A stretch of DNA of 52,043 nucleotides from Bifidobacterium breve (lineage in GTDB: Bacteria > Actinomycetota > Actinomycetes > S36-B12). Shown here one piece after another: positions 25,657 to 37,713 of this stretch. Position numbers and translations under genes: made by a program. Every line of letters starts with the position of its first letter. The first letter of the stretch is position 1. The notes under the pieces are model-generated. The model did no database searches. It was given only the letters and a program-made list of their open reading frames with translations, and had not been told where the DNA came from. Location of the stretch: assembly GCA_945861775.1 (NCBI GenBank), contig CAMAVT010000002.1, forward strand, positions 1-52,043, given 5' to 3'.

Positions 25657-25750
25657 CCACCTTCGAGCGGAGGATAGGGGTTTTTTCCTATTCAGCCTGG
25701 GTAATTTCCCGTTTTTTTAGGTGAACGGGTCATAAACGGCAACTTAGCAC
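25657..25750. repeat. Repeat U, copy 2
   Basis: The first 24 nt, CCACCTTCGAGCGGAGGATAGGGG, are identical to 26726-26749. That target covers the last 14 nt of tRNA-Ser(GGA) plus 10 nt of its 3' flank. Confidence 0.8.
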
Positions 25751-25825
25751 TGATCACATTGGTGTTGAATTTAATTTTACCCGAATGCATTGACATGCGT
25801 TTATATGCATCAATAATATTTCGGC

Positions 25826-26650
25826 ATGAGAAAAGCCCTAATAGCAATTGGAATCACGTCATTACTATTAGCATTTGGCATTTCGCCGGTGGCAAATTCT
25901 GCGCCAATTGCAGGGTCAACATGTAAAGTTAAGAACGAGGTTGCTTACGTCGGAAAAAAGAAATTTACCTGCATTAAATCGGGCAGTAAATTGATCTGGA
26001 ATAAGGGTGTTTCTGGGGGGAAAGAACCAACCGCAACTTCAAACTCAAGCGGTGATGAAATTGAATCACTTCCGATTAATGCAACCGCTCCACTTAATGT
26101 CGATTTAAAGGGTGCAGGCCAGGGCAAAGGATTAACTTACGTTCCATTTGGTTTTGACACTGGCCCACGAGGTGAAGGAGCGGTTGGTTCTGGATCAATT
26201 AACCCACAACCGGGGCTGTATGCACCACTTGGTACGGATGTCCTCGCAATTAAAACTGGAACAGTAATAAAAATTTCAAAACTTTATTCAAATGACTACA
26301 ACATAATGATTGCTGCAAAAAATGATCAGAAAAATATTTGGGGAGTAGAACACGTAATTGACGTGAAAGTAAAGGAAGGTGATCAAGTAAAAGCGGGTCA
26401 GCCAATTGCCAAAGTGGGTGACTTTGATGAACGTTACACCCCAGGAATTGGGTTGGTTGAGTTTGGTTTACTAATTAATTCCGGTGGCCCACCAACACAT
26501 GTCTGCCCATTTACTAAGATTGCTGCTTCGGCAAAAAGTCGAATAACTGCGGAATTAAATGCAATTATTTCAGCAGATAAGAAACGCGGATATGACAGTG
26601 GGCCAATGGAAGTTATTGGATGCACAGCTTTGGTTTCAGTTGAAGGTTGA
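25826..26650 (+). CDS. Secreted paralog: same N-terminal Cys-Lys module plus a LytM/M23-like barrel lacking obvious catalytic His residues
   Basis: Signal peptide. Module GSTCKVKNEVAYVGKKKFTCIKSGSKLIWNKGV. M23-like APLGTDVLAIKTGTVIK...VEHVIDVKVKEGDQVKAGQPIAKVG. AT-rich gene. Confidence 0.55.
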   Translation: MRKALIAIGITSLLLAFGISPVANSAPIAGSTCKVKNEVAYVGKKKFTCIKSGSKLIWNKGVSGGKEPTATSNSSGDEIESLPINATAPLNVDLKGAGQGKGLTYVPFGFDTGPRGEGAVGSGSINPQPGLYAPLGTDVLAIKTGTVIKISKLYSNDYNIMIAAKNDQKNIWGVEHVIDVKVKEGDQVKAGQPIAKVGDFDERYTPGIGLVEFGLLINSGGPPTHVCPFTKIAASAKSRITAELNAIISADKKRGYDSGPMEVIGCTALVSVEG

Positions 26651-26654
26651 GTCT

Positions 26655-26735
26655 GGCCGAGGATGAGGGCTTTATCCTTTTCGCCGTGGGTAATTCCCCG
26701 TTTACCTAAAAAACGGGGAATTACCCACCTTCGAG
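26655..26735. repeat. Repeat U, copy 3 (degenerate), merged with a strong hairpin that abuts the tRNA-Ser 3' end
   Basis: GGCCGAGGATGAGGGCTTTATCCTTTTCGCCGTGGGTAATTCCCCGTTT aligns to copies 1 and 2. GGGTAATTCCCCGTTT-loop-AAACGGGGAATTACCC (26688-26725) is a perfect 16-bp stem and a probable bidirectional terminator. Confidence 0.7.
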
Positions 26736-26820
26736 CGGAGGATAGGGGATTCGAACCCCTGAGGGCGTTAACCCAACCCGCTTTCCAAGCGAGCGCCATA
26801 GGCCACTAGGCGAATCCTCC
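26736..26820 (-). tRNA. tRNA-Ser (anticodon GGA)
   Basis: Reverse complement GGAGGATTCGCCTAGTGGCCTATGGCGCTCGCTTGGAAAGCGGG...AGGGGTTCGAATCCCCTATCCTCCG. Acceptor GGAGGAT/ATCCTCC; long variable arm. Confidence 0.9.
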
Positions 26821-26879
26821 GTGGGGGAGGTTACCCGTAACCACTGTGCGCGGAATTACTGCCCTACGCGTAACCTCTT

Positions 26880-26975
26880 CCTTGACTCCCCGCGCGGTGT
26901 CATCTCGCTGAATCCCCCAGGGCCGGAAGGCAGCAAGGGCAGGTGGGCTCTGGTAGGTGCGCGGGGAGTCCCATG
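26880..26975 (+). ncRNA. ffs: Signal recognition particle RNA (small bacterial 4.5S type)
   Basis: The domain IV core CCCAGGGCCGGAAGGCAGCAAGGGCAGG matches E. coli 4.5S CAGGUCCGGAAGGAAGCAGCCAAGGCAG, including the GGAA tetraloop. It is closed by a perfect 12-bp helix GACTCCCCGCGC/GCGCGGGGAGTC (26884-26970). Its position between tRNA-Ser and dnaX matches the arrangement I recall for actinobacteria. The ends are approximate. Confidence 0.8.
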
Positions 26976-27034
26976 TGTTCACCTGCTTCGTTTCACCGCA
27001 ACGCCAAAAAACGACACTCCTCGAAGGGAAAATT

Positions 27035-28159
27035 ATGAACCTCCATGTACTCAAGACCGCAGGAATCGTGGCTCTAGCCTCGACCCTGGCATTTGGGGTG
27101 TCAGTGCTTCCCGCCCAAGCTACGCATTCGGGCGAAATCGTCATTGCACTCGAAGCACCTCTCACGGGTGATCAGTCCAATAACGGCAAGGACCAACTGC
27201 GTGGGGCTCAACTCGCAGCCATGCAGATCAACGCTGCTGGCGGAGTCCTCGGCGAAAAAATTAAGATTGTTGGTATCGATGACCAAGCAAATCCTGACGA
27301 AGCCGAAGCGGCCGTCACGGCAGCGATAAAGGCTAGCGCCGACGCAGTCGTTGGTCCGTACAACTCGGGTGTTGGTGTTGTGAACCTGCCAATCTATGTC
27401 AAAAACAAGATTTTCCCGATGCGCATGACTTCGTCCTTGGCAACCCAAGGGCTTGGCGCGACCACGCAGCCGATGAACTCACAAATCTCACCTGCTGAAA
27501 TCGATTACATCAGCTCAACGGGTGTGAAATCAGTTGTCATGCTGGTCGATCCTTCCGACTACACGGCCTCAATTGCATCCCAGACTGCAGCAGGGCTGAC
27601 GGCAAAGGGCATCTCGGTTACTCAAATTTCAGTCCCCGAAGGCAGTGCAAGTTACTCCGCACAGGTTGCTCAAGCAATTGCATCAAAACCAGGGATGGTG
27701 TATTCCAGCACTTACTATCCATCAGGTGCCATCATCGCCAAAGCGCTGTTGAGCACGGCGCCAACAACTCCATGCTTCATGGGTTTGGCCAATGTTGACC
27801 CAGCGTTTGTGACAGAGGCTGGGCTTGCAGCCGCACAGCACTGCATTTTCAGTGGTGTTCCCGCGGCGCCTCAATTGCCTACAGCTAAGGCGTACACCAA
27901 GGCATACATCAAAGAGTTCGCAAAGAAGCCAGGCGTTTGGGGCAGCTTCACCTATGACTCTGTCTATGTACTCGCTGCAGCAATGAAAAAGGCAGGTACC
28001 ACGAACTACAAGGCGCTCAAGAACGCAGTTCTTGCAACCAAGAACTACGAGGGAGCCACAGGTTCAATTACATTCAAGAAAAAGACTGGCAACCGCACGG
28101 AGGTTCCTGTCGAAATCCTTGTGGTCAGCAACAAGGGTGCATTCGTCCTGGCTGACTAA
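27035..28159 (+). CDS. ABC transporter substrate-binding protein (LivJ-like, branched-chain amino acid type)
   Basis: Signal peptide MNLHVLKTAGIVALASTLAFGVSVLPAQA, then IVIALEAPLTGDQSNNGKDQLRGAQLA..INAAGGVLG.KI, the type I periplasmic binding protein pattern. Confidence 0.8.
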   Translation: MNLHVLKTAGIVALASTLAFGVSVLPAQATHSGEIVIALEAPLTGDQSNNGKDQLRGAQLAAMQINAAGGVLGEKIKIVGIDDQANPDEAEAAVTAAIKASADAVVGPYNSGVGVVNLPIYVKNKIFPMRMTSSLATQGLGATTQPMNSQISPAEIDYISSTGVKSVVMLVDPSDYTASIASQTAAGLTAKGISVTQISVPEGSASYSAQVAQAIASKPGMVYSSTYYPSGAIIAKALLSTAPTTPCFMGLANVDPAFVTEAGLAAAQHCIFSGVPAAPQLPTAKAYTKAYIKEFAKKPGVWGSFTYDSVYVLAAAMKKAGTTNYKALKNAVLATKNYEGATGSITFKKKTGNRTEVPVEILVVSNKGAFVLAD

Positions 28160-28175
28160 TTGGCATTTCAACGCT

Positions 28176-28207
28176 CTGCCCGGCTTTCCTAACAGGAAGC
28201 CGGGCAG
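28176..28207 (+). terminator. Rho-independent terminator candidate
   Basis: CTGCCCGGCTT-TCCTAACAGG-AAGCCGGGCAG, an 11-bp stem. Confidence 0.6.
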
Positions 28208-28296
28208 CGTCATTATTGGGGTTGCCCCGCATAGTGACTGTGTAGAGTGGCGGGGTGGCAAAAAAGAGCGAAACGGCGTCCCCCGCCGCATCGCAT

Positions 28297-30036
28297 ATGG
28301 CTCTCTACCGGTCGTATCGCCCAGCGACATTGGGTGAAGTAGTTGGCCAAGACCACGTAACGGGACCACTGCGCAGGGCTTTGGAAAACAATCGGATGCA
28401 CCACGCTTACTTGCTTTCTGGTCCCCGTGGGTGTGGAAAAACTTCAACAGCACGAATTTTGGCTCGTTCTTTGAACTGCGAGCAGGGGCCAACTCCTGAT
28501 CCATGTGGTGTCTGCGAGAGTTGCATTGACCTATCGGCTACGGGTTCAGGCTCCATCGATGTTATTGAACTTGATGCCGCCAGCCACGGTGGAGTTGATG
28601 ACACCCGTGATTTGCGGGAACGCGCAATGTTTGGCCCAGCGAAGTCGCGGTACAAGGTGTACATAATCGACGAGGCACACATGATTTCAACGGCTGGTTT
28701 CAATGCGTTGCTTAAGTTGGTTGAAGAACCACCAGAGCATGTGCGTTTCATTTTTGCAACAACAGAGGCAGACAAAGTGTTGCCAACGATTCGCTCACGC
28801 ACTCACAACTACGGGTTCCGTCTTGTCCCCGTCAAAATTCTGCAAGAACATTTGGCGAAGATTTGTGCAAGTGAAAACATCCCTGCTGATCCCGCAGCGC
28901 TCGCACTTATCGCCCGCGCCGGAGCCGGGAGTGTTCGCGACTCACTCTCAATTCTTGGTCAAGTTATTTCTGGTTGCGGTCCAGAGGGTGTGACCTACCA
29001 AGAAGCAGTACTCCAGTTGGGCATGACTGACTCAGCGTTGCTGGATGAAACAGTCAACGCACTCATCGATCGTGACGGTGCCGCACTGTTTAACGCTGTT
29101 GATCGTGTTATTGAATCCGGTAATGAACCAAGAAGATTCGTCACTGACTTGCTTGAAAGAATCCGTGACCTTATTGTTTTGCAGAGCATCCCGGGGGCGG
29201 CGGAGAGCGGATTAATTCATGCACCGGAAGACGTGATTGCAACCGAAGTGGAGCAAGCATCGCGTATTGGCGCAGCTGAGTTGGCGCGCGCTGGCGAACT
29301 CGTTAACCGCGCGCTGAGTGACATAAAGGGCGCGACTGCGCCTCGACTTCAACTTGAATTACTCATGGCAAAACTCCTCCTACCGGCAACCGATGATTCA
29401 ACCGATGGGCTGCGGGTTCGTATTGAGCAACTAGAACGCACTGGAGTTGTAAGTCACCCAGTAGTGAGTGCGCCCGCAAGCGCGCCCGGACCCGCGCCCG
29501 GACCCGCACCCGCACAGGCTGAAGTAAGTATCCCTGCGCCACCCAAGAAGCCGGGTAAGCCAAAAGATGCTGCACCGCAGGAAACGCCTGTGGCAGAAGT
29601 GGTCACTCCGGCTCCTGCTTCGAATCCTGGTACTACAAATGTTTCTTCATTTACCGTCATGTGGCCCGCGGTCATGGATGCGCTACTGAAATATTCGCGG
29701 GTGGCCTGGATGGGTTTCACCGAGTCAACACCGCTGTCCTTTGAGAACGGTGTCTTGGCAGTTGGTGTCAAGGACTCGGGCCGCTACAACAATGTGAAAT
29801 CTGGCGGACATGACGAGCGATTGCGTCAGGCAATCCTTGACGTATTGCAGGTTGATACAAAGATCGATGTTGTGTTGGGTGCAATGGGAACTATCGGTGG
29901 GGGTGCGGTTGTCACGCAGGTCGAAGAGGATGACACTCCCAGAATGGATGACTCCGCTTCGGAGGAAGTAACCGGCGCTGACCTGATCGCGAAAGAGCTG
30001 GGTGGCGTGTCAATAGGTGAGATTGAGAACGGTTAA
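28297..30036 (+). CDS. dnaX: DNA polymerase III subunit gamma/tau
   Basis: [17 protein letters not shown]...L......[14 protein letters not shown]...VYIIDEAHM. Pro/Ala-rich linker. GTG 28255 is an alternative start. Confidence 0.92.
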   Translation: MALYRSYRPATLGEVVGQDHVTGPLRRALENNRMHHAYLLSGPRGCGKTSTARILARSLNCEQGPTPDPCGVCESCIDLSATGSGSIDVIELDAASHGGVDDTRDLRERAMFGPAKSRYKVYIIDEAHMISTAGFNALLKLVEEPPEHVRFIFATTEADKVLPTIRSRTHNYGFRLVPVKILQEHLAKICASENIPADPAALALIARAGAGSVRDSLSILGQVISGCGPEGVTYQEAVLQLGMTDSALLDETVNALIDRDGAALFNAVDRVIESGNEPRRFVTDLLERIRDLIVLQSIPGAAESGLIHAPEDVIATEVEQASRIGAAELARAGELVNRALSDIKGATAPRLQLELLMAKLLLPATDDSTDGLRVRIEQLERTGVVSHPVVSAPASAPGPAPGPAPAQAEVSIPAPPKKPGKPKDAAPQETPVAEVVTPAPASNPGTTNVSSFTVMWPAVMDALLKYSRVAWMGFTESTPLSFENGVLAVGVKDSGRYNNVKSGGHDERLRQAILDVLQVDTKIDVVLGAMGTIGGGAVVTQVEEDDTPRMDDSASEEVTGADLIAKELGGVSIGEIENG

Positions 30037-30041
30037 TTCAC

Positions 30042-30641
30042 ATGTATGAGGGAATTGTTCAAGACTTAATTGATGAACTGGGACGTTTGCCGGGTGTTGG
30101 TCCTAAGAGTGCCCAGCGCATTGCATTTCACATTTTGAGCGCCGACTCTGAAGATGTGAAGCGTCTTGCTGAAGTACTGCTTGAAGTCAAAGAAAAAGTC
30201 AAGTTCTGTGAGATCTGCGGGAACGTCGCTCAGAGCACACAGTGTCGAATTTGTATTGACCCTAAGCGTGATCCCAGTGTGATTTGCGTTGTGGAAGAAC
30301 CCAAAGACGTTGTGGCAATTGAAAAGACGCGTGAGTTTCGTGGTCGGTACCACATTCTTGGTGGGTCAATAAATCCGATTGACGGCATCGGTCCCGACGA
30401 CCTTCGGATTAGAGAGTTAATGCCCCGCCTCGCTGATGGAAGTGTTACCGAGGTCATTTTGGCAACTGATCCCAACCTTGAAGGCGAAGCCACCGCGACG
30501 TACCTGTCCCGAATGCTGGTGCCGTTGGGTTTGACCGTCTCGCGACTCGCGAGTGGGCTTCCTGTTGGTGGGGATTTGGAGTACGCCGATGAAATTACTT
30601 TAGGTCGCGCATTCGCCGGTCGGCGAACGGTTGGCTCTTAG
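30042..30641 (+). CDS. recR: Recombination protein RecR
   Basis: [15 protein letters not shown], a C4 zinc finger CEICGNV...CRIC and a Toprim domain. Confidence 0.95.
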   Translation: MYEGIVQDLIDELGRLPGVGPKSAQRIAFHILSADSEDVKRLAEVLLEVKEKVKFCEICGNVAQSTQCRICIDPKRDPSVICVVEEPKDVVAIEKTREFRGRYHILGGSINPIDGIGPDDLRIRELMPRLADGSVTEVILATDPNLEGEATATYLSRMLVPLGLTVSRLASGLPVGGDLEYADEITLGRAFAGRRTVGS

Positions 30642-31465
30642 TTCTTACCTCGCGGTGTCCATCGGAAAAAGAAGGTAGCGAGCAGGGCGCCGAGAATAAT
30701 CCAGATTACGAGAACAATTGCGGTCATGCCCAGTTCCCATGAACCGCTCACTTCCATGGCGGCTGCGGAGTCGGGTAAAAAGACACTTCGCATTGCTTGA
30801 GTGAGCCACTTCAGTGGGAATAGTGATGCGAAGGACTGCATCCACTGCGGCAGGTCGCTGAAAACAAAGAACACGCCCGATGTGAATTGCAAAACTAGGA
30901 CAACTGGACTAACCAAAGCGGCGGCGCCACGTCCTTGTTTAGGCACAACCGAGTACGCAATCCCGAGCAGGGTGAAAGCAATCAGTCCCAGAATGCTCAC
31001 CCAGATGAAGGTGAAGATTGCAAGGGGTGTTCGGGGAATATCGATCCCAAACAAGAGGACTCCCACCGCGATCAAGATGGTGACTTGAGCTATGTAGGCA
31101 ACAAAAACCATGCCGATTTTGCCGATAAAGAATGCGGCGGGTGGCAAAGGTGTTCCTTGGAGGCGCTTGAGTGTTCCGTCTTCACGTTCCATCGGTATTG
31201 CAATCGCAAGATTTTGAAAGGACGTGTAAAGAATTCCGGAGGCGATCATTCCTGCTACGAAGTACTGCGAAAATGTGATACCCGAGTTACCGAGTACCTG
31301 TCCGCTGAATACGGAACCAAAAATTACCAACAGGATCATGGGTAGAAGGAAATTGAAAACTGCTGATTCGCGGTCTCTAAAGAATTGTTTTAGTTCAATT
31401 CCGACTCGACCAATGCCCATGGTAAACGCGCTTATTGGGACAGTGCGAATGAGATTTTGGTTCAT
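30638..31465 (-). CDS. ABC-2 type transporter permease
   Basis: Six hydrophobic segments. Translationally coupled to the upstream ATPase gene. Confidence 0.8.
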   Translation of the reverse strand: MNQNLIRTVPISAFTMGIGRVGIELKQFFRDRESAVFNFLLPMILLVIFGSVFSGQVLGNSGITFSQYFVAGMIASGILYTSFQNLAIAIPMEREDGTLKRLQGTPLPPAAFFIGKIGMVFVAYIAQVTILIAVGVLLFGIDIPRTPLAIFTFIWVSILGLIAFTLLGIAYSVVPKQGRGAAALVSPVVLVLQFTSGVFFVFSDLPQWMQSFASLFPLKWLTQAMRSVFLPDSAAAMEVSGSWELGMTAIVLVIWIILGALLATFFFRWTPRGKN

Positions 31466-32328
31466 GCTTGATCACCACCGTTGAGGTCACGGTCTTGGGC
31501 GATCAACTCAAGGTACGCGTCTTCTAAACTGGACCGACGTACCGAGAGGTTGGGGATTTCGGCATCAAACCTGAGTCCGAGTTGCGCAATGAATGCGGTG
31601 GGTTCGTTGGTGGGGACACTCATCTCGCGTCCGTCTTCACTCCAACCCACGATTGCATCACTTCGGTTACCGATTGCTTCGGGTGGTCCTTCAGCGACAA
31701 TGCGTCCCCGTGCAATCACCGCGACTCGATCTGCAAGGTATTGGGCTTCGTCCAAATAGTGGGTTGTGAGCAGAATGGTGGTGCCTTCAGATTTGAGTCG
31801 GTCGATCAGTACCCAGAATTCACGGCGAGCCTCGGGGTCGAAACCCGTCGTCGGTTCATCGAGAAAAAGCACATCAGGGTTGCCGATTATTCCCAGAGCA
31901 ACATCGAGTCTGCGTCGTTGTCCACCGCTAAGTTTTCCATTGCGTGAACGTGATTTCTCGGTCAAACCGACTGCGGCAATCACGAGTTCGGGATCGGCTG
32001 GGTTGGGGTAGTAACGGGCAAACTGAGCGACCGTTTCCTCAACGGTGAGGTCTGCCATGTCGCTTGCATTCTGCAAAACGATCCCAAGTTTTGCCCTCCA
32101 CGCGCCGGTTGGTTTCCCCGGGTCAACGCCGAGAACCTCCGCCTCCCCGCCATCGCGCTGTCGGTAGCCTTCGAGAATTTCGGTCAGCGTGGTCTTTCCG
32201 GCTCCATTTGGTCCAAGTAGGGCAAGGCATTCGCCGGTAGCCACCTGTAATGAGACACCGGCCAGTGCGGTGAAATTCCCATATTTCTTGGTGACTTTAT
32301 GCGCCGAGATTGCATATGTGCTGGCCAT
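31462..32328 (-). CDS. ABC transporter ATP-binding protein (DrrA-like)
   Basis: [32 protein letters not shown]. Confidence 0.9.
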   Translation of the reverse strand: MASTYAISAHKVTKKYGNFTALAGVSLQVATGECLALLGPNGAGKTTLTEILEGYRQRDGGEAEVLGVDPGKPTGAWRAKLGIVLQNASDMADLTVEETVAQFARYYPNPADPELVIAAVGLTEKSRSRNGKLSGGQRRRLDVALGIIGNPDVLFLDEPTTGFDPEARREFWVLIDRLKSEGTTILLTTHYLDEAQYLADRVAVIARGRIVAEGPPEAIGNRSDAIVGWSEDGREMSVPTNEPTAFIAQLGLRFDAEIPNLSVRRSSLEDAYLELIAQDRDLNGGDQA

Positions 32329-32391
32329 TTGCTCCCCACTCCCGATTGGCGCTTATTACCTACGATACCGGCTGCGACTAAACTTCTGTCC

Positions 32392-35467
<3,076 letters not shown>

Positions 35468-35503
35468 CCTGAAACTTTAGGCAACGCCGCTTAACAGATT
35501 TTG

Positions 35504-35577
<74 letters not shown>

Positions 35578-35721
35578 CAATAATCGAGTATTTTTCTGCT
35601 TCGAGAATCACTTTCATCGAGCAGTGTGATTGAGCCCCCCAAGTCTAGCGAGCCTAAAGTTTGATGAATAATTCGGTGACCCGAGGGCAATATATTCACA
35701 AAGTTGTCCTGGTCATGAAAG

Positions 35722-36303
35722 GTGGCGAATATGAGCACCGCGGATGTCACCAGATATCTCAAGGGTTTTGACGCCCCACAACGATCAGCCCTTCAAACAG
35801 TCCGCTCAGCCATCGTCGCTGCGTTACCCACCGGTGAGGAAGTAATTGCGTGGGGAATGCCAAGCATTCGGATCTCCGGAGTTTTGGTACTGAGCTATGC
35901 GGGGTTTAAGAATCACAACACGATCTTCCCCGGAGTTGGTGCACCATTTGAAGGATTTGGACCAGAGGTAGAAAAGTATCGGGCAACAAAGGGTGCCTTG
36001 AAGTTTGCAAAAGATGAAGCGTTCCCAGCACCCTTGATAAAGAAAATCATTCGGTATCGAATCGTCGAGATCAATGCAAGTTTTCCCAAAAAGAGCGGGG
36101 AGTTTAAAGAGTTTTATTCGTCTGGGAAGCTGAAAGCTGAAGGCACCATGAAAAAGGGTGAACTACATGGCGCTTGGAAGTGGTACCGAATTGATGGAAG
36201 CCTGATGCGTTCGGGGAGTTTTAAACATGGTGTCAAGGCGGGTGAGTGGGTGACATACACACGTGAGAGTAAACCGCACAAGGTAACCAAGTTCTCCGTG
36301 TAG
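35722..36303 (+). CDS. DUF1801 (YdhG-like) domain fused to MORN-type repeats
   Basis: N-terminus VTRYLKGFDAPQRSALQTVRSAI...W.MPS. C-terminus GKLKAEGTMKKGELHGAWKWYRIDGSLMRSGSFKHGVKAGEW is MORN/YwqK-like. Confidence 0.55.
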   Translation: MANMSTADVTRYLKGFDAPQRSALQTVRSAIVAALPTGEEVIAWGMPSIRISGVLVLSYAGFKNHNTIFPGVGAPFEGFGPEVEKYRATKGALKFAKDEAFPAPLIKKIIRYRIVEINASFPKKSGEFKEFYSSGKLKAEGTMKKGELHGAWKWYRIDGSLMRSGSFKHGVKAGEWVTYTRESKPHKVTKFSV

Positions 36304-36315
36304 ATCGCGAAAGAC

Positions 36316-37200
36316 TTATGCCCGGGAAGTGAGCGTGATCAGGGTCGCTTCTGGCGGACACGCAAATCTAAAGGGTGCATAACGCGAACACCCCAGCCCG
36401 GCAGAAACATGGAGCGCAGAGTTGTGGTGACTGGACAGTCCGCGTGCCCGTTTGGTATCAAGATCGCAATTGGTTACGAGGGCTCCGTAGCTCGGAACCC
36501 GAAGCTGTCCGCCATGAGTATGACCGGCAAGAATTAATTGGGTGTTGTCCGCTGCCATTGCGTCGAGTACTCGAAGGTAGGGCGCGTGAACAACTCCAAG
36601 AGTGAGATCGGCTTCACCATTGAAATCGTTTGTGATTGAGTTGTAGTCATCCCGGTCAATGTGTGGGTCGTCGACACCTTTGACACTGATGAGTCGACCG
36701 TCTACTTTCCAATCCACTTGAGTGTTGGTTAAGTCGAGCCATCCACGACCTGTCATGCCGCTGGCCAGGGGTTCCCAATCCAACATCTGTCGTGTTGGCG
36801 TGAGTTGGCTTGGCCCAGAAAAGTATTTAATCGGGTTAATTGGTCTTGGTGCGTAGTAGTCGTTGCTGCCCAAAACGAAGGCGCCGGGAAGGTCCATAAG
36901 AGGATCAAGTGCTTCTAGTGCACTGGGAACACCGTTTTCATGTGAGAGGAAATCACCGGTTGCCACAACGGCATCGGGGGAAAGTGATGCTAATGAGGAC
37001 ACCCACTGGGATTTGATTTTTTGTCCGGGGATCATGTGCAAATCAGAAATATGAAGGAGACGAATTGGTGCTTGGCCCGGTGAAAGCACGGGAACATGAA
37101 TTCGGCGAAGGGTGAATCTCTTTGTCTCAAGGTGTGCGTAGGTCAACGCCCCAATGCCGGCGGCGGCGGTCACTCCCAGCGCCTTGATTGTTGAAACCAT
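36316..37200 (-). CDS. Metallophosphoesterase
   Basis: LLHISDLHM, TGDF, GSNDY, AGHTHGGQ. Confidence 0.85.
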   Translation of the reverse strand: MVSTIKALGVTAAAGIGALTYAHLETKRFTLRRIHVPVLSPGQAPIRLLHISDLHMIPGQKIKSQWVSSLASLSPDAVVATGDFLSHENGVPSALEALDPLMDLPGAFVLGSNDYYAPRPINPIKYFSGPSQLTPTRQMLDWEPLASGMTGRGWLDLTNTQVDWKVDGRLISVKGVDDPHIDRDDYNSITNDFNGEADLTLGVVHAPYLRVLDAMAADNTQLILAGHTHGGQLRVPSYGALVTNCDLDTKRARGLSSHHNSALHVSAGLGCSRYAPFRFACPPEATLITLTSRA

Positions 37201-37245
37201 GTGACCATATTCCCACCCGGCACAACGCAGTGGAACAATGCCCGT

Positions 37246-37713
37246 ATGTCTACTGACCTAAAGGCTCAACTAAAAGCTGATTTGACCACCTCGATCAAAG
37301 CGCGTGATGAACTCAAGTCGGCGACCCTGCGCATGGTGCTCACGGCAATCACAAATGAAGAGGTCTCTGGGAAAGAGTCAAAGGTTCTCACAGAGGAAGA
37401 AGTGCTGACGGTACTTGCGCGCGAAGGAAAGAAGCGGCGCGAGAGCGTTGTGGCCTATACGGATGCAAATCGCCCAGAGCTGGCGGCGCGCGAGAATGCA
37501 GAGCTCGAAATTATCTCCGCGTACCTGCCAGATCAGTTAAGCGAGGCGGAGGTGGAAGCAATTGTTGCGGCAGCGGTGGACCAAATCTCCGGAAATGGAG
37601 TTACCGGTGGGGCCGCGATTGGTGCGGTCATGAAAATTGTTCAGCCGCAGGTGAAAGGGCGTGCCGATGGCGGGCTCGTGGCGAGTTTGGTGAAGAAAGC
37701 CCTCAACAGTTAG
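37246..37713 (+). CDS. GatB/YqeY domain-containing protein
   Basis: LKADLTTSIKARDELKSATLRMVLTAI... is typical of YqeY. Confidence 0.8.
   Translation: MSTDLKAQLKADLTTSIKARDELKSATLRMVLTAITNEEVSGKESKVLTEEEVLTVLAREGKKRRESVVAYTDANRPELAARENAELEIISAYLPDQLSEAEVEAIVAAAVDQISGNGVTGGAAIGAVMKIVQPQVKGRADGGLVASLVKKALNS

Noticed and set aside
28255-28275. An A AAA AAG heptamer at 28259-28265, identical to the E. coli dnaX frameshift site.
   Set aside because: It lies at codons 2-4 of the longest possible ORF, upstream of the conserved DnaX N-terminus. It cannot produce a gamma subunit and is probably 5' UTR.
30036-30042. No ybaB/ebfC gene between dnaX and recR, which are only 5 nt apart.
   Set aside because: The gene order varies among actinobacteria, and ybaB may lie elsewhere in the genome. 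This cannot be judged from a single window.
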